From Octopus vulgaris (lineage: Eukaryota): DNA of 64,000 nt. A model generated the notes under the pieces. It saw only the letters and a list, made by a program, of their open reading frames with translations, made no database searches and had not been told where the DNA came from. Where the stretch lies: the NCBI GenBank assembly GCA_951406725.2, contig OX597822.1, positions 77,004,001 to 77,068,000 on the forward strand, read 5' to 3'. The translations under genes and the position numbers were made by a program. Shown here piece after piece: positions 38,770 to 52,664 of this stretch (within the stretch, counting starts at the first letter, position 1; the number at the start of each line of letters is the position of its first letter).

Positions 38770-38808
38770 GAGAAATTACCGGTTTCGTGTAAACTTTTCA
38801 AATTTCTC
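38770..38808 (-). ncRNA. Minimal type I hammerhead motif (U3-A8 variant) in a ~230-bp element (38612-38843) flanked by (TA)n
   Basis: GAGAAAU-UUGAAAA-GU(UUAC)AC-GAAA-CCGG-UA-AUUUCUC; 7-bp perfect stem I, palindromic stem III. Confidence 0.7.
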
Positions 38809-38841
38809 AAATGTCTTTACCTACATTGTGTCATGTCTTCG

Positions 38842-38897
<56 letters not shown>

Positions 38898-39950
38898 GTA
38901 TGTATGTATGTATACGACGAGTTTCTTTCGGTTTCCGTTTACCAAATCTACTCACAAAGCTTTGGTATAGTAGTAGACATTTGCCCAAGGTGACCCGCAG
39001 TGGGACTGAACCCGAAGCCATGTGGTTGGGAAGCAAGCTTCTTACCATAGAGCCACGCTTGTGCCTATATGTATGTACAACTGCATGTGTGTGTCTTTCT
39101 ATCAGTGTTTGCCCAACCACCACCACCGCCGCTTGACAAACGGTGTTAGTGTGTCAGTATCCCCGTAAATTAGCGGTTACGCAAAAATAAAAAAAAAGCG
39201 ATAGAATATGTACCAGGCTTACCATGGCCGCAGTCTAATGACCGAAACAAGGAAAAGGTAAAAGATCCTTCAAAAGTATATGTAATCAGTTAGGGCTGGA
39301 TCAAGAGACTCACAGAGGCCTTAAGATCTTAAATGATTTAGGTACCTCCATATAAATGTAATTCAAAATATAAACAAAAATAAAACGTAAGATAAATTCT
39401 GATTTTTCAAACTGAAATAAAATCTAATTGTAAAATGGTAAATGATGCTTATTTTTGTATATTTCCACTTTATTTATATTTGAAAAGTTATCTCCTGCTC
39501 TTTTTAATTGCTAATTCTTTGATGAGATCTTCACTATGACACCCTGAGCCCTTTGAAATTATATTTCCGATCATATAAATCACTCCGAATATACTTCACC
39601 ACGTTACAAGTGATTCTTTTTGTACCGTAAACCATTTTTCCTTTTTGTGGTGCCTCTCCTTTCCCTGATATCCTAATCACATGCTTGCTTTGCTTAACGG
39701 TTAATCCAGAGCTGCAATTAGTGCATGACCCGTTGTTTTATGCCTGGAATAAAGTATTATTTTGTCTTATTGAAACATAGGTATGTATACATGTGAAGGC
39801 ACAACGACCCAGTGGTTAGGGTAGAGGACTCGCGGTCGTAGGATCGCAGTTTCGATTCCCAGACCGGGCCTTGTGAGTGTTTATTGAGCGAAAGCACATA
39901 AAGTTCCACAAGGCTCCGGCAGGAGGTCGTAGGGAACCCTGCTGTGCTCT

Positions 39951-40016
<66 letters not shown>

Positions 40017-40018
<2 letters not shown>

Positions 40019-40141
40019 ATAAAATCTTTATAAGAATGTATTAAGTAGTCAGCGTGAAAACCTCTCAAGAGAAAAATTTATAATTATTCTCTTTAAATAT
40101 ATTTATTTATATCAAGGGCATTACTACACGTAAATTCCCTG

Positions 40142-40216
<75 letters not shown>

Positions 40217-40342
40217 GATAAAATCTTTATAAGAATTTATCAAGTAGTCATCGTGAAAACCTCTTAAGAGAAAATTTATAATTATTCTCTTTAAATATAT
40301 TTATTTATATCAAGGGCATTACTACACGTAAATGCCCTTAAT
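40017..40342. repeat. Two near-identical ~125-bp units embedded in (GATA)n
   Basis: 40017-40141 and 40216-40342, with (GATA)n before, between and after. Confidence 0.9.
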
Positions 40343-40376
<34 letters not shown>

Positions 40377-40936
40377 GGAGGGATAGATAGATAGATAGAT
40401 GGCATTCCTGATTGTAAAGAAATTAATTTACTGGTTTCAAATTTTGGCACAAGGCCAGCAATTCCGGGGGAGAGGGGGCTAGTCTGTTATATCGACTCCA
40501 GTACGTAACTGGTACTTATTTTATCAACGACCAAAAGTATGAAAGGTAAAGTCGACCTCGGCAGAATTTGAACTCAGAACATAATGTCAGGACGAAATGC
40601 GCTAAACATCTTGCCCAGCGTGCTAATGATTGTGCCTTAACGAAAGTAACTTCTTCAAATCCAACAGAGAAAAACGCAGGTTTCTTCAGAAAATTTAAAG
40701 AGCAGAGGTTCTCCATGTTCTTCCTATTTTTTAATAAACATATTCTTTTAAAAGACGAAATTTTATAGTTTCGAAAGTGGCAGCTTTAATATCTTTGACG
40801 ACCATGTTGAGAAATATGTGTATATACATACAGAAAGCAACCAACTAACTTGCATATTATAATTACAATCTGTAAGTGGAACAGTAAAAATATGCAAAAC
40901 TTTCCTCAAGTTTAAAATCTGACATTGTTTACATTA

Positions 40937-41463
40937 CCGTAAATCCTCGAGTATAATCCGCATTTTTTTCACCAAAATTTAAAGGTCAAAATCCCTAGTG
41001 CACACTATATACGAGGTCAAAAATGAAAAAATATTTTCTAAGCAATGTCCGAGTCTCTATTTGCTGTCCAGCAATGTTTATTCAGACGTATTTTGTGATG
41101 TCGGATGCGAAAATACCTTAAGCTAAGCCTGAAAGCAATGAAGTCATAAAAGAATCATCCATAACTTGCAGTAAGCAACATTTATTAAAATAAAAATATT
41201 CAGAACACAGAATAACATGTAAAAAAAACAACAATTTGCAAACATATTTACATTCCCATATAACAGTTAAGAACTTCACCATTATTGTATTACGCACGCG
41301 CGGAAGTGTTTGTTCGACTATGTGCTGCTGGCTTAATTACGCACGACTCAAGTTAGAGAAGGGGTGCGTATTATACACAAGGTTTAGGTTTTTCATAGGT
41401 ACAGCCCCCTAAAAATCCCCTGCGTATTATACTCAAGGGCAGACTATGCTCAAGGATTTACGG
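40937..41463. mobile_element. Tc1/mariner-type MITE with TA TSD
   Basis: TA|CCGTAAATCCTCGAGTATA...TATGCTCAAGGATTTACGG|TA. Confidence 0.88.
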
Positions 41464-42094
41464 TATTTGCATTTTACGGATGAAGCTTTGCATGTTTCTT
41501 AGAAAACCAGTTCTTTCCTCAGAGAAAGAATTCAAATGATTAAAAACAGAAGAAAACATACATACAAAGATAAGAAGAGAGCCAGAGAAAAGCGGGGATT
41601 GCGAACTAAACTGGAATTTGTTACACACAGATAAATTTCGCAGAAATTATAACATAATGATTTATATGACGATGTAAGCGAAGTGAACCTGGATGAATAA
41701 ATTCATTGAAATACTTCACTGTGTTAAGATAAACAATGATATAAGAAAAATTACGTGCGTGGGATTTTAGCAAACACACATTTAGCTGCGCTGTGAAAAC
41801 CACAAACTATGATTAAATCATGTTTACTGTCTGTGGTCTGGAAAAAAGAGGTCGATTTGACTAGTTTTGACATTTATTAATGCTTCATCAGAGATCATGT
41901 AATCACTCCTCTCCATTTCTACATAACGTATCACTGCGTATTGTTTCTGTAAATTGATTAAGTAATGTTGCTAATGCTTGCTCTGCTATGTAAATTAGAC
42001 AGGCCTGTTTAGTTCTGTCTGAGTTTATGTACCACTATAAATAGTTATATACATACCTGCATGCATGCGTGTACATATATATATATATATATCA

Positions 42095-42155
<61 letters not shown>

Positions 42156-42306
42156 TGGATAGATAGATATGGCTGCGTGATTGTTTGGTTGTAACTATGA
42201 TTATCTATACTGGGTCATATATGAGCACATACGTGTGTTTTGTGTGTATGCGAGTGTGTCTCAGCAAAGACGTGTGTATACAGAAATACCTATCTCTCAC
42301 TCTTCT

Positions 42307-42310
<4 letters not shown>

Positions 42311-42359
<49 letters not shown>

Positions 42360-42570
42360 TACATATATACATATATATACATATATATATACATATATAT
42401 GTATATATATATGTATATATATATACATATACATATATATATACATATATATATACATATATATATATATACATATATATATACATATATATATACATAT
42501 ATATATACATACATATATATATACATATACATATACATACATATATATATATACATATATATATACATAC

Positions 42571-42603
<33 letters not shown>

Positions 42604-42690
42604 CATATATACATATATATATACATATATACATATACATATATATATATATATACATATATATGTACGTATGTATGTATACATACATAC
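42311..42690. repeat. (TA)n/(TACA)n microsatellite
   Basis: Direct inspection. Confidence 0.95.
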
Positions 42691-44159
42691 ACAATGCATT
42701 TATGCATTCGGCTTAATGCTGTGGGACATTCAATTGTTGATTACAATGCTTTTGGCGCCATCCAACAGTAATACTCTCCCCAGAGATTCTCAAAGCTTTA
42801 ATGGGTACCAAAGAATGTGTAACTAATTAATTCCCTAAGAAGAAGGATTAGAAATCTTATCACTTTCCATTCCCTCTTTAGTCTGGAATATGACCGAGGG
42901 GAAAATACCTCAGAGGCGGTACAAATACTGTAGGGACCACCACATATGTGATAGAGTGCATGTTGAAGCACTTCGAGCTTATGAGATTACCCAACTAATT
43001 AGTGGGCGAAAACTCCCACTAGAGTAAAAATTTGTTGTTGGCGACGGAAGCGGTATTGGTTCAAAATAGTAAGCTGTGTATTTTACTTAACATTGATATA
43101 CTGTAGAAAGTCATGATACTGCAGCATTCGTCTTGAGAACGCGACTTGTATGGACGTATAGTGCTAAAAGGCACAACAATGTATCAGTTGCAGACGAAAA
43201 ACGCCCAGTAGTGGCGGTGGAGTTGCTAGATCGCGTGATTTCTGCGTAGTTGCACGTCTTCGGTTGCAGGTATTCACCGTCAACTACATACTTAAACAAA
43301 TTTTGCTTCTACTGGTATAGAAAAATAGTGATTAATAAACTAGTGGTGTTGCAAATAGCTGACAAAACAGCAAAGAAATAATATCAATTAATTGAATTTT
43401 GGAGAAAAATCTCGGAAATGCAGAATAAGAGTGGATTTAATCTAATGAGAATAATGTATATTTGCAAATGGTTAATCCAATTAATCAAATATTTTCAGCT
43501 TACAGCATTTTCTATATACATATGTGAATCGATATTGTATTTATATATTGCAGGCAGAACATCTCCTTAAGACATTTTCCGTTAGCCTTATCGTTGATAT
43601 TAATAACAAGTTTCTCAAAATTCCCTTTATTTTATATATTGATCATTCTTTGTCTTACCATCTGAATAAGCCGAATACGTGCATATTATCATTCGCCAGA
43701 AAGTATATAAACGCTAAGATACTCATAAAAACTCTTTTCGAAGATCCGCTGATGGGGAATCACTTGTCTACGCACTTCTATAACTTTTAGTGCCGGAAAC
43801 ACAATCGTGTTCAGAGAAGACCTAGTATATGTAAATGCAATAAAATCTGACAACTGTTATTTTACCGTCGGCGATTTTACGAAATTATTTTATTTGTTCT
43901 GCATGAAAATGTTGAAACAAAATTATGGCAAAGACAATAACAACGACGAGAAAGATAATGATGATGGCGACGAGAAGGAACAGAAGAAGATGATGGAGAT
44001 TCGGAGAAAACAGTAAACAAAAGTTTGTCTAAATTTTAATTTTTTAAAGAAAAGGAAGATCTACAGATTCATGTTTAAAAGATATGGCGGCAGAGCGTGA
44101 TAGCGTTTTAGTTGCTTTAGGATAGAAACGTCTCCTTCGAAATAGAAGAAATAAAATGA

Positions 44160-44481
44160 TGAAGGTGCGTAGCTTAGTGGTTAGAGTGCTAGGTTCACGA
44201 TCGTAATGTCGTGAGTTCGATTCCTGGCGGTGCGTTAGGTCCTTGAGCAAGACACTTTATTTAGTTTTACTCCAGTCCACTCAGCAGGTAATAATGAGTT
44301 GTACATGTAATTCAAAGGGGCCAGCATTGTTACATTCTGTCTCAAGCTGACTCTCCCTGAAAACTATTTTAAGGATACGCGTGTCCGTGGAGTACTCAAT
44401 CACTAGCACGTTAATTTCACGAGCAGGTTGTTCCGTTGACTGGATCAACTGGAAACCTCGTCATCGTAACCGACGGAGCAC
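44160..44481 (+). mobile_element. SINE family C, full length
   Basis: A box TAGCTTAGTGG, B box GAGTTCGATTCC, then shared body. Confidence 0.85.
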
Positions 44482-45699
44482 TAAAGAGAGGAAATGGAAC
44501 ATAGTCCTATGGTTAAGAAGTTTGCTTTGCAACCACTTGGCTTTAAGTTCGACCTCGCTATGCAAAATTCGACAAGTGTGTTTCCCTTCGTTCTCAGATT
44601 GATCAACGTTGTGTGAGTTGAATTTGGTCAGGTAGACATGTCTGACAGTCACTCCATCTGTAATTATATTTTCTTCCAAAAAGTTCTTCGTATTCCTACG
44701 TTTTCAACAACAGAGATTACGACTCTACAATAAATGGGGGAAAACTGCTTTCCAAAATTTAATCCAATCTAACAGTTTTTTCTTTCTTTCTTTTTTTTTT
44801 TTTTCGAAAATACTTTGGAGATTACACGTCCTAAAATACGGAGATCCCGATTCAGAAGAATTTTTTAAAGTTTCAATTTCTAAATCACCTCTTTTGCCCC
44901 GGCTTTTGGAATAACGGTGACCATTCAATAGATTACAGTAGGTATGTGCACCTTGTAAACTCTCACAATAGGACCTCACCAAACCCTCTGTAGCTTTAAA
45001 AACTCGTCCGTTTCATTTCCGCAAAGGCATTTCAGACATGACCATTGCATGTATTTACATAGTCAGAGTTCAACTAGTGATGTATAACATTATTTTCTAA
45101 TATTTTTCTTCTTTACTTGAAGACACATTGGAAAATGAAGTCCGATGTTCACTAAACCTGGAAATAACTATTTTACTAATGATTTGTAAGTACGTGGTAT
45201 TTCGTTATGTAACCAGAATATACTTTTAGATGGCTTCACAACCTGAGAACATCACCACCAAAAATGGTCTTGAAGCCATCTAATAAGGTCTCTGTTCAGA
45301 AAACTGTATTATTATTTGATAAAGGAACATGGTACAATGAATTCATATAATAAGGCTGTAACTTTAAATACTTTTACTCGAGGGCTCAAACATATACAAT
45401 TGAACAATAAAGGAAAGAGTCTGATGAATGGTGTCCATGTTCATCTTCTGTGTACTACCTCAGGTCTGCTAGCTGGCGTGTGTTGTAAGAGAGCCAACTA
45501 GATCATATCTTTTCGCTCCGACATCTAGATGCGAAAAGAGGAAGTTGCAAGGCTTTGTGTCAGAATCTCACCGTTGCTTGCGCCATCTAGCGCGAGCTTG
45601 TTTAAACCCGCTGTCAAGAGAGGTAACTACACCTACATACTATAAAGTATATTAAATGTTTTTATAAGTCAATACCACGTTCTACTATGTTAGCAGTGC

Positions 45700-45950
45700 T
45701 TTTTACAATATTTTGTTAAGGTTATTTCTAAAAATATGCTATAGAAATTAGAACCAGCTCTGATTTTTGCTGCAATGTTTCATATCGAGGCCTCAAATGT
45801 AAACAATGAGACAAACAATGAATGCTGACAAATAGTTCGTTTGTTTACATCTGAGGTTTCGATACGAAACGTAGCAAAAATCAGTGCTGGCTCTTATCTC
45901 TATAGAATATTTGTAGAAAAAAAAATACTTAACAAAATAATGACTGTTTT
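45700..45950. repeat. Foldback / MITE-like inverted repeat
   Basis: CCAGCTCTGATTTTTGCT..ATGTAAACAA versus TTGTTTACAT..AGCAAAAATCAGTGCTGG. Confidence 0.75.
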
Positions 45951-45957
45951 ATATTTT

Positions 45958-46262
<305 letters not shown>

Positions 46263-46625
46263 CGGCATAAGGCCAGCAATTTTAGTAGGCAAGGATTATC
46301 CATTTACATCAACCCCAGTATTTGACTGGTAGTTTATTTTATCGGCGTCGAAAGGATTAAAGCCAAACATGACCAACGAGTTCTGAACTCTGATCTTAAA
46401 GAACCAGAGTTAACCTATCTGACGCGCTTGCGATTTTTCTAGCTCACCGCCTTACACTAGGAAACTAATACCAAACACAATTCATAATAGACATCGGTTA
46501 AATTAAAGCGGATAAATAATGTTTTGCTCTTCATCCTTGCAGAGTTGATAAATTAAGAAGAAAACCACTGTCGCTGCCTAACTTTTACATACACACACAC
46601 ACACATACATACATACATACATACA

Positions 46626-47654
46626 GTGGCCCATTATGTGTTTGCAGTGCCAGTACTCATACCAACATCTGGGCTTCTTGATTGGATGCTTGATGAGATC
46701 CAAGCCATTGATATGAAAACCCGAAAAATACTAACAAGCACACATAATTTCCAGATAAACAGTGACGTACCTAAAGTGAAAACAAGGCGGCAGAGGCTTA
46801 ACATCGATCGAAAATGCCTTTGAATGTCCCACCATATCCCTTCGGCAACATCTTTTAACCACTAAGTGTCGAAGTACAACCCTTGACCAAGTTTGCATAC
46901 ATGAAACTGATAACATCATAAGACTTGGAAGGCAGCTCCTTGAGCAATACTCTTTGTTTGGTAATCTAGAATACATGCCCAAAGTTACACGACTCTACCA
47001 CAACATATCATCAGCTGAAAGGATGAGCCTATATGAACAGAAAACTATGCATGGATATGTTAGTCGAAAGCTCCGTGATGTTAGTAACATCGATCATCAA
47101 AGCAGTTTTTCATGGCCGAATAGCCGGATTAATACCTCCCACTTTGAAGAGTATGCGTTTGCAACCCAAGAACAGGAAATATCAACCAAATACCTGATTT
47201 ACAAAAGGGATAAAGATGCAGGAAAAGCTGTAAAATGTGACAACCGCTGCAAATTTTGTGGAGTTCTCATTGAAGATATCACGCACATCATAAATCAGCT
47301 GTCCGAAAATGTATTATCAACTGATGAGACATAATGTTGTAGCTAGGACACTCTGTAATGAAATCTGTAATGAAATCCGTCTGAAAGATAATCCCGAGGA
47401 CAAAGAAATATGAATCCACAATATGGTAGAAGCCATAGCCACCCATAATAAAAAGGGATACTGGTGGAATATACCAGTGAAGACTCCAATAAAATGTAGG
47501 CACAGCAGACCTGACATAATGATTTGGGATAGAGAGGACAAACTGTGCAGAGTTGTGGAAATTAGCTGCCCAGCGGTTAAAGCTGAAGATCAGGGAAAAA
47601 GAGAACACCTATGCTGAACAATTGAGAAATCTGTAGTTACTCTATCCAGATTAG
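46626..47654 (+). mobile_element. Decayed REL-endonuclease LINE (R4/Dong-like)
   Basis: MHG; QEQEISTKY; CKFC..EDITHI zinc knuckle; RHNVV; RPDIMIWD..VVEISCP. Confidence 0.82.
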
Positions 47655-47777
47655 AACCATGTGGTTGGGAAGCTAGCTTCTTAGAACACAGCCTACGAAT
47701 AAATAACTAACTTAGCCCTGTTTATAAATCTAATGCATAGGTTACACACACACATACACACCACGTGTGTGTGTAAA

Positions 47778-48098
47778 GTATCAAAAAGTTATCTTTCTAT
47801 CCAACTTAATGTGGACGTCTTGTTAGAACGGCAAATATTGCATTATTAGCCTTGAGGGATCCTCTCATATAAGCGCATGGTGCATAGAAGTATAGTTAGA
47901 TGCCTCCCACTGATGTAACCCAGGAGAATGAAATCCCGGTGCCTATGACCGACGAATCTCGCCTTCTACGATCTACGTGTGTGCTTTTATGCACCATTCG
48001 CCTATTAGAGAAAATCTCTCAAAGCTAATAACACAGTGTTCGGTGTTCTGCCGAGACATCCACGCTAAGTTGGATATGAAGATTGCCTTTTGGTACCA
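47778..48098. repeat. Foldback with ~120-bp diverged arms
   Basis: TATCCAACTTA.TGTGGA..ATGGTGCATA versus TATGCACCAT..TCCAC..TAAGTTGGATA. Confidence 0.75.
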
Positions 48099-48116
48099 AT
48101 ACTGTTTTTGTCACTA

Positions 48117-48486
48117 AGGAGTGGCTGTGTGGTAAGTAGCTTACTTACCAACTACATCGTTCCGGGTTCAGTCCCACTGCGTCGCACCTTGGGCAAGTGT
48201 CTTCTACTATAGCCTCGGGCCGACCAAAGCCTTGTGAGTGGATTTGGTAGACGGAAACTGAAAAACGTTTATCATATATATATATGTGTGTATCTGTGTT
48301 CGTCCTCCCAACATTGCTTGAGAACCGATGCTGGTGTGTTTATGTCCCCGTAACTTAGCGGTTCGGCAAAAGAGACCGATCGAATAAATACTAGGCTTAC
48401 AAAGAATAAGTCGTGGGGTCGATTTGCTCGACTAAAGGCGGTGCTCCAGCATGGCCGCAGTCAAACGACTGAAACAAGTAAAAGAA
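48117..48486 (+). mobile_element. tRNA/CORE-like SINE family A, full-length reference copy (possibly octopus OR-type)
   Basis: Pol III-like head (GGTTCAGTCCC), CORE-like CACCTTGGGCAAGTGTCTT; more than 15 copies in the window. Confidence 0.85.
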
Positions 48487-48587
48487 TATGTCAAGTCCTG
48501 CAGGTCGATGTGATCGATAAGAATTTTCCCGCCAACAATTCGTGACTTCGAACTAACTTTACAAACTACTACTACTACTACTACTAC

Positions 48588-48630
<43 letters not shown>

Positions 48631-48678
48631 TATTGTCATTGTTGTTGTTGTTGCTGTAATTACTGCTGTAGAACTCAT

Positions 48679-48710
<32 letters not shown>

Positions 48711-49279
48711 TCATGAACGTCAACAACAACAACAGCAGCAGCCTCATCTTCCACAGTCTTCCCTATATGTTTCTAATACAGCATTTACTCATCGTGCTTC
48801 CATATTACCGTTTTGTCTTACATTTCTTCACAGAATCTCACATACTTCCTCCTTTCACACCCGTCCCTATCGCCATCACCGTCTCACCACCCCACCCACC
48901 CTCTGTCATACCGCTTTCCCACCCGCTTATATTTTCCCCTTCCTTGATTGCCATAAATCTTCGTTTCTACTATTTCTCACTCATTATTTTCGGTGGAGAT
49001 TTGTTTTTTTCCTATGTTTTATTTACTGTTTTGCTTTTCTCCTTCAGATTTGGTATTATGTGTACACACTCTCTTTCCCCTTGTTATCTTTCTTTTTCGT
49101 TCCACCCTCTCTCTCTGTCACACACACACATATACACTCACACACATCACGGAAACATACAAACATACATCTATGCACACACAAACACATATACACGTAT
49201 AAACGTTACAACACAAAAACATTATATGTCTATTTTCTGTTGTCTGTGTTTGTATTTCTATATGTACAGCTATTTTTAG

Positions 49280-49310
<31 letters not shown>

Positions 49311-49578
49311 TGCATACATATATGCACATACGTGCATGTATGCATACATACACATACATATGCATACATATATGCACATACACATGTATACGTTTATGTA
49401 TATATATGTGTGTGTGTGTGTGTGTGTCATATACAAACATTCATACAAGCGCATTATTTATACACATACATAAATGCATATATACATACATACGTGCATG
49501 TATGCATACATACACACACATAACCATACATATTTGCACATACACATGTTTATATATATATATATATATATATGTGTG

Positions 49579-49639
<61 letters not shown>

Positions 49640-49747
49640 GTGTCATATACAAACATTCATGCAAGCGCATCACACACATATACAGATACATAAATGCATA
49701 TATGCATACGTACATACGTGCATACATACAAACACACATATATACAT

Positions 49748-49915
49748 ACATACCATTGATAATTGGTGCACTTGGTTTTGTAAGTAAATACTTTAGTGAC
49801 GATCTGGCTAAGCTAGGGTTTCAGAAAAAGAAATCAACAAGCTTAAACGCACATTACAACCAGTCTGTAAGTGGAGCAGTTAAAATATGCAAGAATTTTC
49901 TGAAGTTCAAAACAC
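49748..49915 (+). mobile_element. C-terminal fragment of a REL LINE
   Basis: IPLIIGALGFV...QSVSGAVKICKNFLKF. Confidence 0.7.
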
Positions 49916-49996
49916 GACATTGTTTTTTCCTTACCTACATTCCAACGATAGAGTTTTGTATTTTTGTTGGAAACCATCTCCTTCTTTAAAGGAACT

Positions 49997-50545
49997 TTTA
50001 TAATAATAAACTAGAAATTCTGTCTGTCCGTCTGAGACCCCAATATCTTAGTCTACATTTGCTCTACATAGACATATTGTACCTTTTTTGGAATCAGGAT
50101 GATCCCAGAATTGAAAATCTGCCCTTCATTTGGTTATTGAACATCCAGCATTGGGATCTGATCTAAAGGCATTTGGGTTGCTATTTCTAGCAGGTAAAGC
50201 TTGGCTCATTCATGTTATCTCACTTGCCCTTTGTCAGAGAACATCAAAGTTTAAGGGGGAGATAAATGACATTCGCTTCATTAATTTTTACCTCGAGATA
50301 AGAACTCTGGGACAGATTGGCCAACAGTTGGAATTCAACATGAGACTGAAACAATACAATGATTGCCTAACAGAATTCATTCTCATTCGTCTTTAACCTC
50401 TCATCAAACAGCACCGGGCCATATGGTCATTATAGACGTATTATAGTCATGCTGTTTAGCTCTGTTCAGTTTTGGGCCTCAGACCCAATTAACCCTCCAC
50501 AGGGGCTACCTTAAAAGTCCGTACGGAGCGCGGCTTTTTAACTAG
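49997..50545 (+). mobile_element. Helitron-like non-autonomous remnant
   Basis: 5' TAATAATAAA..TCTGTCTGTCCGTC; 3' GC-rich hairpin-like CCGTACGGAGCGCGG then CTAG|T. Confidence 0.4.
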
Positions 50546-51004
50546 TTTCAAATAAATAAGGGAATATGCACACATTCAATATACAGATACATAAAAATAT
50601 GCATACATATATACGTAGGTACATGCATTCATATATATATGCATACATACATACATACGTAGGTACATACATACGTACCTACATTCGTGCATTCATACAT
50701 ACATACATAGATGTATATATGCATGCTTACATACATACACACATGCATACATACATACATGCATACATGCTTACATGCATGCAGGCATGCTTACATGCTT
50801 ACATACTTACATGCATGTTTACATGGATGCATGTATATTCACATACGTGCATGCATGCTTACATACATAACATACATACATAGATGCATAACATACATAC
50901 ATATATACATACATAGATATATACATGCATGCTTACATGCATACATACATAAATGCTTACATACATACATAAATGCTTACATATATACATACATACATAA
51001 ATGC

Positions 51005-51035
<31 letters not shown>

Positions 51036-51089
51036 CATACATACATACACACATACATACATACATACATACATACATACATACATACA

Positions 51090-51122
<33 letters not shown>

Positions 51123-51449
51123 GCATAAAACATATTAAAATTATTTGTTTCGGGGTGTGCGTGATTGTATGTGAGGAGAGACGCAGTGACAGACCGAGGT
51201 AAAAGGTGGAGAACCGGATAAAATAGCTTGATCCTGGGTTCGATTCCCAGACCGGGCTGTGTGTTGTGTTCTTGAGCAAAACACTTCATTTCACAATTCA
51301 GCACATAAAGAACACTTGATAGCAATAAGTATTGAGATCAATCACAAAAATAACCTAGTTAAAATGGTTAGACTGATCAGTGTATATTAGCTGGCAACGT
51401 CATTCAATACGTAATGAATACTTTATTCACAAGCATATCCTGGAAAATC

Positions 51450-52088
<639 letters not shown>

Positions 52089-52387
52089 AAAAAGGGTGAA
52101 ATATAATTAATTTAATAAAATTAATAAATTTCACCTAGTAGTTTTATCGGTATGGAAATGACCATATTTGGTAAGGATTATATTAATTATAATAAAGTGT
52201 TAATTGCAACAAGTTGCTCAAAACCACATACCGAAAATATTAGAAATGTCAGCCAAATAGGTCACCATTTCTCCTACTAGTAAAAAAGTCTCCACAAACA
52301 AACAGAATTTGCAACCCGTATATGGTAAAGAGAAAGAAAATAACGAAATCCCAACCTATTTGGATTAATTATAGACGAAATCGTACG

Positions 52388-52467
<80 letters not shown>

Positions 52468-52470
<3 letters not shown>

Positions 52471-52627
52471 AAGAATTCACGACGAAAAAAGCAAAAGACG
52501 AAGACAGGTGGTGTAGAAAACAAACAGATGTATTAGTATAACGCTCGGGAATTGAAAAAGTCTTTTACGTTTCGAGCTTACGCTCTTCCACAGAAAGGAA
52601 CACAGAAAGAAACAAGGAGAGAAACAA

Positions 52628-52630
<3 letters not shown>
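52468..52630 (-). mobile_element. ~160-bp pLTR-like element with hammerhead motif (52562-52597) within (TA)n
   Basis: CUUU-CUGUGGA-A-GAGC(GUAA)GCUC-GAAA-CG-UA-AAAG; similar to 55795-55960. Confidence 0.7.

Positions 52631-52664
<34 letters not shown>

Noticed and set aside
42181-42826. YI/HT/VC-rich ORFs (also ~37000, 49000-52100, 54700, 62000-63800)
   Set aside because: These are translations of TA/CA/CATA microsatellites.
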